A stretch of 64,000 nucleotides of DNA, from assembly GCA_022842305.1 (NCBI GenBank), contig JALHPY010000011.1:1227-65226 (forward strand), given 5' to 3'. Position 1 is the stretch's first letter, and every line of letters starts with the position of its first letter. The stretch comes from Rubrivivax sp. GTDB taxonomy: Bacteria; Pseudomonadota; Gammaproteobacteria; Burkholderiales; Burkholderiaceae_C. Position numbers and translations under genes: made by a program. The notes beneath the pieces are model-generated. The model ran no database searches. It worked only from the letters and a program-made list of their open reading frames with translations, and was not told the DNA's origin. Positions 18,299-32,749 of this stretch are shown in pieces.

Positions 18299-18359
18299 AC
18301 GGTGCGGCGCGCGCTCCCTGCCGCGCCGGTTCCCAACCGCCGAACACCACCGAACACGG

Positions 18360-20459
18360 ATGCGAATCATGAGAATCTACAGCTCCCTTCTTCAACTGGC
18401 CGCCCTGGGCGCCCTGTCTGCCGCTGGCGCCGCCGTTGCGGCCGAAGTCGACACCTCGGCCTGGAAATGCAAGACCTGCCCTTACCCCAAGGGCACACAG
18501 GTCAGCGTCGAGGCCGGCATCGGCACCGTCACCGATGAGTCGTCCAGGTTCGGCGACTACACCGGCCTGCAGCGCAAGGAGGCCCACGCCATCCTGGGCG
18601 GCACGGTCAGCCACCGCAGCGGCAGCGGCTACTACGCCGAGCTGAGCGCGGCCGATCTGGGCCTGGACACGCGCAGCCTCTCGGCAGTCAGCGGCCTGGA
18701 AGGCCTCTACTCGCTGCGCCTGGGCTACAGCGAGCTGCCGCGCCACCTGACGGACGGTGCGCAATCGCCCTTCCTGGGCAACGGCGGCGCCGACCTCACG
18801 CTGCCCGCGGGCGCCGGCTTTCCCACCGGCAGCACCGCCACCATGCCCTTGGCCACCACGCTGCAGCCGCTGGACGTGGGCTACAAGCGCCAACGCTTCG
18901 ATCTGGCTGGCAAACTGACGCTGGGCGACAACTGGACCTGGCGCGTGAGCGTGCGCCGCGACGTGCGCGACGGCAGCCAGCCCACCTACGGTTCGTTCTT
19001 TGCCAGCGCCGCGCAACTGGCGGCGCCATTGGACCAGACCACCGACTGGATCGAGGTCTCGGCCTCGTACGTGGCGCGCGGCATGCACGCCACGCTGGCC
19101 TACCAGCTGTCGGAGTTCAAGAACGGCGCCGCCGCGCTGAACTGGGACAACCCCTTCGTGCCCGTGGTGCCCGGTGCCACGCGCGGCCAGCTGGCGCTGG
19201 CCCCCGACAACCAGCTGCAGCAGTTCAGCGGCTCGGCCGGCTACGAGATCACGCCCACCATCAAGGCCAGCGCCGATTTCGCCGTGGGCCGCCTGACGCA
19301 GGACGCCGCACTGCTGCAGCCCACGCTCAACGGCAACCTCACGGTGCCGGCACTGGCCGCACAGACGCTGGACGGCGAGGTCGAGACCTTCAACGGCAGT
19401 GTGCGCCTCACGGCCGCGCCCATGGAAGGCCTGCGCCTGAACGCCAGCTATGCGCGCGACGTGCGCGACAACAACAGCGCCGTGCAAAGCTGGCCGGTGA
19501 TCGACGCCGACCTCTTCGTGCAGGCGCAGCAGCGCAGCAACTCGCCGTTCGGCTTCACGCAAGACCGCTACAAGCTGGTGGCCGACTACCGCGGACCCGA
19601 CACCTGGAAGTTCTCGGGCGGGGCCGAGCAGGACAACAAGAAGCGCACCTATGCCGAGGTGGTGGAGACGCGCGAGACCACCCTGTGGGGCCGCGTGGCC
19701 GTGCAGCCGATGGATGAGCTGACGCTGTCGGCCAGGCTGGCGCACGCCGAGCGCGACCACTCGGGCTACGGCCAGGCGGTGTGGTTCGGCGCGCCCCAGA
19801 ACCCGCTGCTGCGCAAGTTCAACCTGGCCGAGCGCAGCCGCGACAGCCTGGGCCTGCGCGCCGATTGGGCGCTGTCCGAGACGCTGGCCCTGGGCCTGGC
19901 CCTGAACTACGCTGACGACGCCTATGGCGAGTCCCTCATCGGCCTGCAATCGGCGCGCAGCTTCGGGGCTGCGGTCGACCTGTCCTGGGCGCTGAGCGAG
20001 CAGACACGCATCACCGCCTTCGTGCACAACGAGAACCTGCGCTCGCGCCAGCGCGGCAGCGAGGCCTTTGCGGCGCCCGACTGGACGGCCCGCGCCAAGG
20101 ACCAGTTCGACGTGCTGGGCGTGGGCGTCAAGCACGCGGCCATCGTGGACAAGCTGGACATCGGCGCCGACCTGTCGGTGTCGCGTTCGCGCAGCGAGAT
20201 CTCGATGGCCAACGTCGTTGCCGAGACCGGTTTCCCCGTGGCCAAGACGGCGCAGGACACGCTGCGCCTGTACGGCAGCTACAAGCTGCAGGACAACCTG
20301 TGGCTCAACGCCAGCTGGTGGTACGAACGCTACGACGCCCAGGACTGGCGCCTGGACGGGGTGGCCCCGGCCACGGTGCAGAACCTGCTGAGCTTCGGCC
20401 AGCAGGCGCCGCAGTACAGCGTGAACGTGCTGCGCGTCTCGGTGCGCTACCGCTTCTAG
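18360..20459 (+). CDS. mtrB: MtrB/PioB-family decahaem-associated outer-membrane beta-barrel
   Basis: 699 aa with a signal peptide and an N-terminal CKTC (CXXC) motif. Alternating beta-strand pattern, terminal aromatic residues (...VSVRYRF). It lies directly downstream of mtrA. An alternative ATG exists at 18369. Confidence 0.85.
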   Translation: MRIMRIYSSLLQLAALGALSAAGAAVAAEVDTSAWKCKTCPYPKGTQVSVEAGIGTVTDESSRFGDYTGLQRKEAHAILGGTVSHRSGSGYYAELSAADLGLDTRSLSAVSGLEGLYSLRLGYSELPRHLTDGAQSPFLGNGGADLTLPAGAGFPTGSTATMPLATTLQPLDVGYKRQRFDLAGKLTLGDNWTWRVSVRRDVRDGSQPTYGSFFASAAQLAAPLDQTTDWIEVSASYVARGMHATLAYQLSEFKNGAAALNWDNPFVPVVPGATRGQLALAPDNQLQQFSGSAGYEITPTIKASADFAVGRLTQDAALLQPTLNGNLTVPALAAQTLDGEVETFNGSVRLTAAPMEGLRLNASYARDVRDNNSAVQSWPVIDADLFVQAQQRSNSPFGFTQDRYKLVADYRGPDTWKFSGGAEQDNKKRTYAEVVETRETTLWGRVAVQPMDELTLSARLAHAERDHSGYGQAVWFGAPQNPLLRKFNLAERSRDSLGLRADWALSETLALGLALNYADDAYGESLIGLQSARSFGAAVDLSWALSEQTRITAFVHNENLRSRQRGSEAFAAPDWTARAKDQFDVLGVGVKHAAIVDKLDIGADLSVSRSRSEISMANVVAETGFPVAKTAQDTLRLYGSYKLQDNLWLNASWWYERYDAQDWRLDGVAPATVQNLLSFGQQAPQYSVNVLRVSVRYRF

Positions 20460-20479
20460 GCCGTACCTGCCCCCTGCAA

Positions 20480-20502
20480 ACCGCCGGCCTTGCGCCGGCG
20501 GT
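20480..20502 (+). terminator. Stem-loop after mtrB (possible weak terminator)
   Basis: 9-bp stem ACCGCCGGC/GCCGGCGGT with a 5-nt loop. The T-tract is poor. Confidence 0.35.
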
Positions 20503-20561
20503 CCTGCTTGTGCTGGGGCCATTCAGCGCCATTCAGCGTCGTGCAAGCCAAGTGGGACCGC

Positions 20562-20575
20562 TTGATCTGAAGCAA
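20562..20575. promoter_or_regulatory. FNR/CRP-family-like box TTGATctgaAGCAA (9/10)
   Basis: Located about 170 bp upstream of the nuoA ATG, in the 288-bp mtrB-nuoA spacer. Confidence 0.4.
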
Positions 20576-20747
20576 AGGGCAGGGCCCCGTAAACCCTTAG
20601 CCTGCGGGCCACCATGCAGAAGCGCCACAGCCCCATGGATGGCAAACGAACCAACGCAGGGGCAGCCCGACTGCCCCGCCCAGCGGCAGGCCAGCAGGCC
20701 GCCGTGGCGCTGGCGGCACGAACCAGCGCGCGCAAAGGGGCCCCGGC

Positions 20748-21113
20748 ATGAATGCCTACGTCATCTTCCTGATCTACCTGCTCGCCATCCTGGGCTTCGT
20801 GGCCCTGACGCTGGCGCTCAACGCCGCCCTGGGCCCCAAGCCCACGTCCAACGCGATCAAGCTCGAGCCTTTCGAATGCGGTGCCACGCCGGTGGGCAGC
20901 ATCAACGTCAAGGCGGTGCCCATCAAGTACTACGCGGTGGCCATCATCTTCATCCTGTTCGACCTGGAAACCATCTTCCTCATCATCTGGGCCCTGGGCG
21001 CGCAGCCCCTCACCGGCTTCATGCTCTTCACCTTCTTCCTGTTCATGGCGCTGTTGGTGCTGATCGTGCTGTACGTCTACAAGGCACGCATCATCGAGAT
21101 GGTGACGGAGTAA
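20748..21113 (+). CDS. nuoA: NADH:quinone oxidoreductase subunit A
   Basis: 121 aa, 3 TM, PFECG...KYYAVAIIFILFDLE motif. Confidence 0.9.
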   Translation: MNAYVIFLIYLLAILGFVALTLALNAALGPKPTSNAIKLEPFECGATPVGSINVKAVPIKYYAVAIIFILFDLETIFLIIWALGAQPLTGFMLFTFFLFMALLVLIVLYVYKARIIEMVTE

Positions 21114-21119
21114 CCCGCG

Positions 21120-21638
21120 ATGTACGCACGCACCATCCCCATCGTCCCGGCCGACCACACCAAGGACGGCGCCTTCGAGTACATCGCCACGCGCAAGGAT
21201 GAGCTCATCGGCTGGGCGCGCAAGTTCTCGATATTCCCCTACCCCTTCGTCACCGCCTGCTGCGCGATGGAGTTCATGGCCGTCAGCTCCAGCCCCTACG
21301 ACACCGACCGCTTCGGTGCCGCGCTGCCCCGCTTCAGCCCGCGTCAGGCCGATCTGCTGATGGTGGTGGGCACGGTCACGCACAAGCAGGCGCCCATCCT
21401 GCTGAAGGTCTGGGAACAGATGTGCGAACCCAAGTGGGTGATGGCCTTCGGCGTGTGCGCCACCAGCGGCGGCTTCTACCAGAACTATGCCGCGCTGCCA
21501 GGCATAGACCGGGTGATCCCGGTCGACATCTACATCCCCGGCTGCCCGCCGCGGCCCGAGATGGTCATCGACGGGATCATGCAGCTGCAGGAAAAGATCG
21601 CGACCTCGCGCCATCCCATCATCAACAAGGACTTCTGA
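21120..21638 (+). CDS. nuoB: NADH:quinone oxidoreductase subunit B (N2 cluster)
   Basis: CCAMEF...GVCATSGG...PGCPPRPE cysteine pattern. Confidence 0.93.
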   Translation: MYARTIPIVPADHTKDGAFEYIATRKDELIGWARKFSIFPYPFVTACCAMEFMAVSSSPYDTDRFGAALPRFSPRQADLLMVVGTVTHKQAPILLKVWEQMCEPKWVMAFGVCATSGGFYQNYAALPGIDRVIPVDIYIPGCPPRPEMVIDGIMQLQEKIATSRHPIINKDF

Positions 21639-21640
21639 TC

Positions 21641-22114
21641 GTGGCGTCGCGCATCGTCGAACAATTGCAAGAGAAGCTGCTGCCGGCCGCCGGCCCGGGC
21701 GCGCTGGTGCACGGCGCCTTCGTGCTGCAGCTTGATCCGACTGAGCTGCTGGCCACCGTCAAGCGCCTGCGCGACGAGTTCGGCTTCGACATGTTCCTGG
21801 ACGTGACCGCGGTCGACTGGCCCGGCCAGACGCCGCGCTTCGAGGTCGTGTACCACCTGTACTCCAGCGCCGACCACCTGCGCGTGCGCCTGAAGACGCG
21901 CGTGCCCGAGGCCGCGCCCGAGCTCGATTCGCTGGTGCCGTTGTACGGCTCGGCCGGCTACATGGAACGCGAGTGCCACGACATGTACGGCATCCGCTTC
22001 AACGGCAACGGCGACCTGCGCCCCATCCTGCTGTACGAGGGCTTCGTCGGCCATCCGCTGCGCAAGGACTACCCCAAGCAGCAAGAGCAGCCGCTCGTGC
22101 CCTACCGGAACTGA
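21641..22114 (+). CDS. nuoC: NADH:quinone oxidoreductase subunit C (short, about 157 aa)
   Basis: GTG at 21641, 2 nt after the nuoB stop. Contains ...RFEVVYHLYS...ERECHDMYGIRF... Confidence 0.88.
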   Translation: MASRIVEQLQEKLLPAAGPGALVHGAFVLQLDPTELLATVKRLRDEFGFDMFLDVTAVDWPGQTPRFEVVYHLYSSADHLRVRLKTRVPEAAPELDSLVPLYGSAGYMERECHDMYGIRFNGNGDLRPILLYEGFVGHPLRKDYPKQQEQPLVPYRN

Positions 22115-23355
22115 TGGGAAGCCCCGTGGACCGCCCGATCGCCAACCCCGTCCGCTCGATCTTCACCACGCCGCTGCAGCCAGACAGCGTCGTCGTCAAC
22201 ATCGGCCCTTCGCACCCGGCCACGCACGGCACGGTGCAGATCATCGCCGAGCTCGACGGCGAACGCGTGCTGCGCAGCGACGTGCACTGCGGCTACCTGC
22301 ACCGCGGCTTCGAGAAGGAGTGCGAGGACCACACCTGGCACAACCTGATCCCGTATGTGGACCGCCTGAACTACGTGTCGGCGCTGGTGAATGACTTCGC
22401 CTACTGCGACGCGGTCGAGCAGCTGATGGGCGTGGAGATCACGCCGCGCTGCAAGTACCTGCGCACGCTGCTGTCCGAGTATTCGCGCCTGGTCGACCAC
22501 GTCACCTGCATCGCCGCCGGCTTGATGGAGCTGGGCGCGATGACCGCCTTCCTGTACCTGGTGATGGTCCGGGACTACATGTACGAGCACCTGGCGGCGC
22601 TCACCGGTGCGCGCGTCACCTACACCTATGGCCGCATCGGCGGCCTGGCGCGCGACCTGCCCGACGGCTGGCTGCAGCGCCTGGAAGAGATCTTCGTCCA
22701 GTACGAGGACTTCATCTCGCGCGTGCACGCGCTGGTCGACCGCAACCGCATCTTCATCGACCGCATGCGCGGCGTCGGCACCCTCAGCAAGGCCGACGCG
22801 CTGAGCTACGGCTGCACCGGCCCCATGCTGCGCAGCACCGGCCTGGCGCTGGACCTGCGCAAGGACACGCCTTACCTGGCCTACGCCGAGATCGACTTCG
22901 ACGTGCCCGTGGGCATACAGGGCGACAACTACGACCGCTACTTCGTGCGCATGCGCGAGATGGACGAATCGGTCTACATGATGCGCCAGCTGTCCGAGAT
23001 CCTGCGCTCCGACAAGGGCGCGGGCCCACTGAACGTGGCCGACCGGCGCTGCAGCTTCCCCGACAAGCCGTTGGTCTATACCGAGATCGAGTCGCTCATC
23101 AACCACTTCAAGCTCGTCATGGATGGCCCCGTGGTCCCTGCCGGCGACATCTACGTCGCGCACGAGGCGCCCAACGGCGAACTCGGCTTCTACCTGGTGA
23201 GCACCGGCACCGGCACGCCGCACAAGGTGCACGTGCGTTCGCCCAGCTTCGTGCACATGGGCGTGGCCAGCCTGATGATGGACGGCGGCCAGGTGGCCGA
23301 CATCGTCCCCACCTTCGGCTCGATCAACATGATCGGTGGGGAGTGCGATCGATGA
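22114..23355 (+). CDS. nuoD: NADH:quinone oxidoreductase subunit D
   Basis: ATG at 22114 overlaps the nuoC stop. GPSHPATHG, GYLHRGFEK and DRLNYVS motifs; ends ...GGECDR. Confidence 0.93.
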   Translation: MGSPVDRPIANPVRSIFTTPLQPDSVVVNIGPSHPATHGTVQIIAELDGERVLRSDVHCGYLHRGFEKECEDHTWHNLIPYVDRLNYVSALVNDFAYCDAVEQLMGVEITPRCKYLRTLLSEYSRLVDHVTCIAAGLMELGAMTAFLYLVMVRDYMYEHLAALTGARVTYTYGRIGGLARDLPDGWLQRLEEIFVQYEDFISRVHALVDRNRIFIDRMRGVGTLSKADALSYGCTGPMLRSTGLALDLRKDTPYLAYAEIDFDVPVGIQGDNYDRYFVRMREMDESVYMMRQLSEILRSDKGAGPLNVADRRCSFPDKPLVYTEIESLINHFKLVMDGPVVPAGDIYVAHEAPNGELGFYLVSTGTGTPHKVHVRSPSFVHMGVASLMMDGGQVADIVPTFGSINMIGGECDR

Positions 23356-23819
23356 AGCATCTCATTGCCGAATTCGACGCGATGAAGCGTCGCTACCCGC
23401 CGGGCACCGAGTCCTCGCTGGTCACCCCCTGCCTGCACCGCATCCAGGATGACCGCGGCTTCATCGCCGACGAAGACATTGCCGAGCTCACCGCCTACCT
23501 GGGTGTGCAGCGCGTGCAGGTCGAAGAGGTCATCGCCCACTACTCGATGTTCCGGCGCAAGCCCATCGGCGAGAAGCACGTGCAGGTGTGCCGCAACGTC
23601 AGCTGCTCGATGCGCGGTGCCGAGGGCGTGATCGACCACCTGTGCAAGCGCCTGGGCGTGCAGCCCGGGCAGACCACGGCCGACGGCCGTATCACGCTGG
23701 GCACGGTCGAGTGCCTGGGCTCCTGCGGCACTGCGCCGGTGGTGATGGTCAATGAGGCCTATCACGAGAACATGGACGCCGCCCGCCTGGACGCCCTGAT
23801 CGAGGAGTTGCGCAAGTGA
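23352..23819 (+). CDS. nuoE: NADH:quinone oxidoreductase subunit E (2Fe-2S)
   Basis: ATGA overlap with nuoD. CRNVSC...CLGSCGTAP cysteine pattern. Confidence 0.9.
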   Translation: MKHLIAEFDAMKRRYPPGTESSLVTPCLHRIQDDRGFIADEDIAELTAYLGVQRVQVEEVIAHYSMFRRKPIGEKHVQVCRNVSCSMRGAEGVIDHLCKRLGVQPGQTTADGRITLGTVECLGSCGTAPVVMVNEAYHENMDAARLDALIEELRK

Positions 23820-25169
23820 TCCCGCAACCGATCCCGCAAGCCATCACGCAACCCCCCGGCCGCAAGCTCATCATGAGCTTCCCGGTCACCGCCACCTCGC
23901 ACCTGCTGGCCGACTACCGCGCCCGCGGCGGCTACGGCACGCTGACCAAGGTGCTGCGCGAGATGCGCCCGGAGCAGGTGACCAAGGAAGTCGCTGCCTC
24001 GGGCATCCTGGGCCACGGCGGCGCCGCCTTCCCCGCCGGCCGCAAGTGGGGCGTGATCAAGCTCAACGACGGCCAGCCGCACTACCTGTGCGCCAACGCC
24101 GACGAGGGCGAGCCCGGCACCTTCAAGGACCGCTGGATCCTCGAACACGCGCCGCACCTGCTGATCGAGTCGATGCTCATCTCGGGCTACGCGCTGCAGG
24201 TGCGCAACGCCTTCGTCTACATCCGCGGCGAGTTCGACCTGCCCTACCGCCGCCTGGCTGCGGCCGTCGAGGAAGCCTACGCCGCCGGCCTGCTGGGCGA
24301 AAGCGTCATGGGCACCGCGCACGCCATGGACCTGGTGGTCTACCGCGGCGCCGGCAGCTACGTGTGCGGCGAAGCCTCGGCGCTGATCACCTCGATCGAA
24401 GGCCGCAAGGGCTACCCGCGCAACCGCCCGCCGCGTTTGACGGTGAAGGGCCTGTACCAGAAGCCCACGGTCATCAACAACGTCGAGACCCTGTCCAACG
24501 TGACCCCCATCGTGGCCATGGGCGGCGAGGTCTTCAAGCAGATCGGCGCGCCCAAGAGCCCGGGCACGCAGTTGGTGTCGATCTCCGGCCACATCCAGCG
24601 GCCGGGCGTGTACGAACTCGAGTACGGCTACCCGCTGGCCAAGTTCATCTATGAAGACTGCGGCGGCGGCCTGGGCGGCCGTGCCGTCAAGTGCATCGTG
24701 CCCGGCGGCATCTCCACCAAGGTGCTGACGGCAGCCGAACTGCACGGTGTCACCTACGACCACGCCTCGCTCACCAAGGCCGGCTCGGGCGTGGGCTCGG
24801 GCGGCATGATCGTCATCGGCGAAGGCACCTGCATGCCCAGGCTGCTGCAGGTCATGCTGCGCTTTTATCACCACGAAAGCTGCGGCCAGTGCACGCCCTG
24901 CCGCGAAGGCATGGGCTGGATGCACCGCATCATCGACCGCATCGTCGCCGGCCAGGGCCAGCGCGGCGACATCGAGCAGCTGCAGCGCATCTCCATCGCC
25001 AACGACGGCACCACCATCTGCGGCATGGGCGACGCCGCCGGCTACGCCACGCTCGGCATCATCGCCAAGTACCGCGACGAGTTCGAGTACCTCATCGAGC
25101 ACAAGCGTTCGCGCTGCGACGGCGTGCTGGACATCACCGCGCCCACCGTCAGCCCCAAGGTTCCCGCCC

Positions 25170-25177
<8 letters not shown>
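23816..25177 (+). CDS. nuoF: NADH:quinone oxidoreductase subunit F (FMN/NADH site, N3)
   Basis: GTGA overlap with nuoE (alternative ATG at 23873). GHGGAAFPAGRKW and ESCGQCTPCREG motifs. Confidence 0.92.
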
Positions 25178-26626
<1,449 letters not shown>

Positions 26627-26630
<4 letters not shown>

Positions 26631-27775
26631 CCCAAGACCTCGTCATCGCCTTGGTCTACATCGCCTATGCCATCGGCATGCTGATGACCTTCGGCACGCT
26701 GCTGACCTGGGTCGAACGCAAGCAGGCGGCGGTGATGTCCGACCGCATCGGCGCCAACCGCGCCTATGTGCGCCTGCCCTTCACCCAGATCAAGCTGGTC
26801 TGGCTGGGCTTGTTCCACGGCATCGCCGACGGCATCAAGATGCTGGTGAAGGAAGACTTCAAGCCGCGCACCGAAGACTGGTTCGCCTACGCCGTGGCGC
26901 CCTGGGTGGTGTTCGCGCCCGTGCTGCTGGTGTTTGCCGTGGTGCCCTTCGGCGGCATGCTCGACCCCGGGCGCCTGTTCCCCGGCCTGGCCGACTGGTT
27001 CCAGGGCCGCACCTACCCGATGCAGATCGCGCAGCTCGACGCCGGGCTGCTGGTCGTCTTCGCCTTCGGCGGCATCAGCATCATCGGCGCGATGCTCGCC
27101 GGCTGGGCCTCGGCCAACAAGTTCTCGCTGCTGGGCGGCCTGCGCGCCGGCTCGCAGATGATCAGCTACGACGTCGTGCTGGGCCTCACGGTGCTGGGCC
27201 TGATCCTGATCTACGGCACGGTCGACCTGGGCGCCATGGTGCAGCAGCAGTCGGGCACGGTGCTGGGCGTTCTGCCGGCCTGGGGCATCGTGCTGCAGCC
27301 CTTTGCCGCGATCCTGTTCCTGACCGCGGCCATCGCCGAGAACAAGCGCATCCCCTTCGACCTGCCCGAGGCCGAGTCCGAGCTCATCGCCGGCTACTTC
27401 ACCGAGTACAGCGCGATGAAGATGGGCCTGTTCATGTTTGCCGAGTTCATCGAGATCGCCATCGTCGCCGCGCTCTTCACCACGCTGTTCCTGGGCGGCT
27501 ACAACCTGCCCTACATGAACGACCAGGGCTTCGCCTTCCCCGGCGGCACCGTCATCGCCATGAGCCATGGCGCGGTGGTGGTCACGCAGGTGCTGGTGTT
27601 CCTGGCCAAGGTGATGCTGGTCTGCAGCTTCCAGATCCTGATCCGCTGGTCGCTGCCGCGCTTCCGCTACGACCAGGTGCTCAAGTTCGCGTGGAAGTTC
27701 ATGCTGCCGCTGGCGCTGATCAACCTCACCGTCACCGCCGTGTGGGTGTGGGCCGTGCAAGGGGGCGCGCAGTGA
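26627..27775 (+). CDS. nuoH: NADH:quinone oxidoreductase subunit H
   Basis: ATGA overlap with nuoG. 382-aa polytopic protein with ...ENKRIPFDLPEAESELIAGYFTEYS... Confidence 0.93.
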
Positions 27776-28359
27776 GCATCCCCAAGTTCGCGCCCTACAA
27801 GCGCAAGGAATACTGGAACCAGGCCGAGCTGGGCCTGTGGGAGCGGGCCTACCTGCCCGAGATCCTGCGCGGCCTGTTCATCACCAGCCGCGTCTTCCTG
27901 CGCAACATGGGCAAGTGGATGACCGGCCGCAAGGGCGCGCTCACCACCTACTACCCCGAAGAAACGCGCTGGGACTACGCCGAGCGCAACCGCGGCAAGC
28001 ACGTGCTCACGCAGCGCCCCGACGGCAAGCCGCAGTGCATCGCGTGCAACATGTGCGCCACCGTGTGCCCGGCCAAGGTGATCGAGATCGAGGCCGGTTT
28101 CGACCCGGCCGATGCGGCGCATCCCAAGTTCCCCATCCGCTTCGAGATCGACTACTCGCGCTGCGTCTTCTGCGGCCTGTGCGTCGAGGCCTGCCCCGAG
28201 GACGCCATCCGCATGGCCAAGGAAACACCGGGCCTGCCCGCAGAAGACCGCCACCAGATGTGGCTGACGATGGAAGAGATGCTCACCTGGAAGCCGCAGA
28301 GCGACGTGGCCAAGCCCTACCCGGCGGCCCCTGCCCGGCGCGACGGAGGCAGCCAGTGA
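27772..28359 (+). CDS. nuoI: NADH:quinone oxidoreductase subunit I (2x4Fe-4S)
   Basis: GTGA overlap with nuoH. CIACNMCATVCP and CVFCGLCVEACP motifs. Confidence 0.92.
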   Translation: MSIPKFAPYKRKEYWNQAELGLWERAYLPEILRGLFITSRVFLRNMGKWMTGRKGALTTYYPEETRWDYAERNRGKHVLTQRPDGKPQCIACNMCATVCPAKVIEIEAGFDPADAAHPKFPIRFEIDYSRCVFCGLCVEACPEDAIRMAKETPGLPAEDRHQMWLTMEEMLTWKPQSDVAKPYPAAPARRDGGSQ

Positions 28360-28943
28360 TGGAATACCTGCTGCAAAACCTCGAAGCCTTCCTGCTCGTG
28401 TTCTTCGGCCTCAGCGCCGTGCTGGGCGCGGCGGCCATGCTGGTGCTGCGCCAGCCCATGCGCGTGGCCATGGCCCTGATCTTCACCATGGTCTGCCTGG
28501 GCGTGATCTTCGGCCTGCTGGGCGTGCACTTCATCGCCGCCTTCCAGGTGCTGCTGTACGTGGGCGCGGTGATGGTCTTCATGGTCTACGTGATCATGCT
28601 GCTCGAGGCCAAGGAAGCCGGCCAGCCGATGTATTCGCGCTGGCTGGTGCCGGGCATCATCGGCTTCGTCGTGCTGATGGTGGCCATCGTCGGCAGCGTC
28701 TGGAGCAGCCTGCCGCCGGCCGGCGGCAATGTCGGCCAGATCACCTTCGGCATCTCGCGCTTCTCGGTGGCCTTCCTCCAGGAATACTGGCTGCACTTCG
28801 AACTGACCTCGGTGCTGCTGCTGGCGGCGGTGGTCGCGGCCATGGCGGTGATCAAGGTCAATCGCAAGGCAGACGGCAAGCCAGATGGCAAGGCCGGCGG
28901 CAAGACCGCTGGCAAGACCGACACGAAAGCGCGCCATGGATAA
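28359..28943 (+). CDS. nuoJ: NADH:quinone oxidoreductase subunit J (with Lys/Gly-rich C-terminal tail)
   Basis: ATG overlaps the nuoI stop. Hydrophobic NuoJ-like sequence (...FQVLLYVGAVMVFMVYVIML...) with the tail KADGKPDGKAGGKTAGKTDTK. Confidence 0.88.
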   Translation: MEYLLQNLEAFLLVFFGLSAVLGAAAMLVLRQPMRVAMALIFTMVCLGVIFGLLGVHFIAAFQVLLYVGAVMVFMVYVIMLLEAKEAGQPMYSRWLVPGIIGFVVLMVAIVGSVWSSLPPAGGNVGQITFGISRFSVAFLQEYWLHFELTSVLLLAAVVAAMAVIKVNRKADGKPDGKAGGKTAGKTDTKARHG

Positions 28944-29238
28944 GACGCAATTCCTGCTGGCGGTGTCGCTGGCGCTGTTCTCGATGGGCCTGCTGGGCGT
29001 GATCGTGCGCCGCAACGTGCTGGTGATGCTGATGTGCATGGAGTTGATGCTCAACGGCGTCAACCTCAGCCTGGTCACCTTCGCGCAGCAGTCCGATACG
29101 CTGTCGGGCGCGGTGCTGGTGTTCCTGATCTTCGTCGTGGCCACCGCCGAGATCGCGCTGGCCATCCCCATCGTGCTGCTGCTGGTGCGAGCCAAGCAGA
29201 CGCTGGACCTCGACGCCTACAGCGACCTGAAAGGCTGA
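28936..29238 (+). CDS. nuoK: NADH:quinone oxidoreductase subunit K
   Basis: 100 aa, 3 TM, ...MLMCMELMLNGVNL...ATAEIALAIPIVL... Confidence 0.92.
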   Translation: MDKTQFLLAVSLALFSMGLLGVIVRRNVLVMLMCMELMLNGVNLSLVTFAQQSDTLSGAVLVFLIFVVATAEIALAIPIVLLLVRAKQTLDLDAYSDLKG

Positions 29239-29252
29239 GGGCGAGAAGCACC

Positions 29253-32694
<3,442 letters not shown>

Positions 32695-32749
32695 AGCAAC
32701 GCAATGATTCCTGGGTGAGCACCGCAGCGCGCAGCGCAGAGGTTGACCG

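Noticed and set aside
17369-20459. Interpreting the mtrA/mtrB pair as an MtoAB Fe(II)-oxidation system only.
   Set aside because: The presence of an MtrC/OmcA-type surface decahaem and of the MtrB CXXC motif does not fit a pure Mto/Pio-type oxidiser module. The direction is left open rather than assigned.
20520-20539. Tandem 10-mer ccattcagcg x2 downstream of mtrB.
   Set aside because: There are only two copies, with no dyad symmetry or recognisable binding-site pattern. It is probably a slippage duplication in spacer DNA.
22114-23355. Considered whether the nuo cluster is really a group-4 [NiFe] hydrogenase-type complex served by the adjacent hyp genes, with NuoD as the hydrogenase large subunit.
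   Set aside because: The NuoD-like protein has DRLNYVS where hydrogenases carry RxCGxC. It ends ...GGECDR rather than DPCxxCxxR/H. The single Cys does not align with a Ni ligand by my reading. A full NADH-oxidising NuoEFG module and three antiporter-like subunits are present. It is a bona fide complex I.
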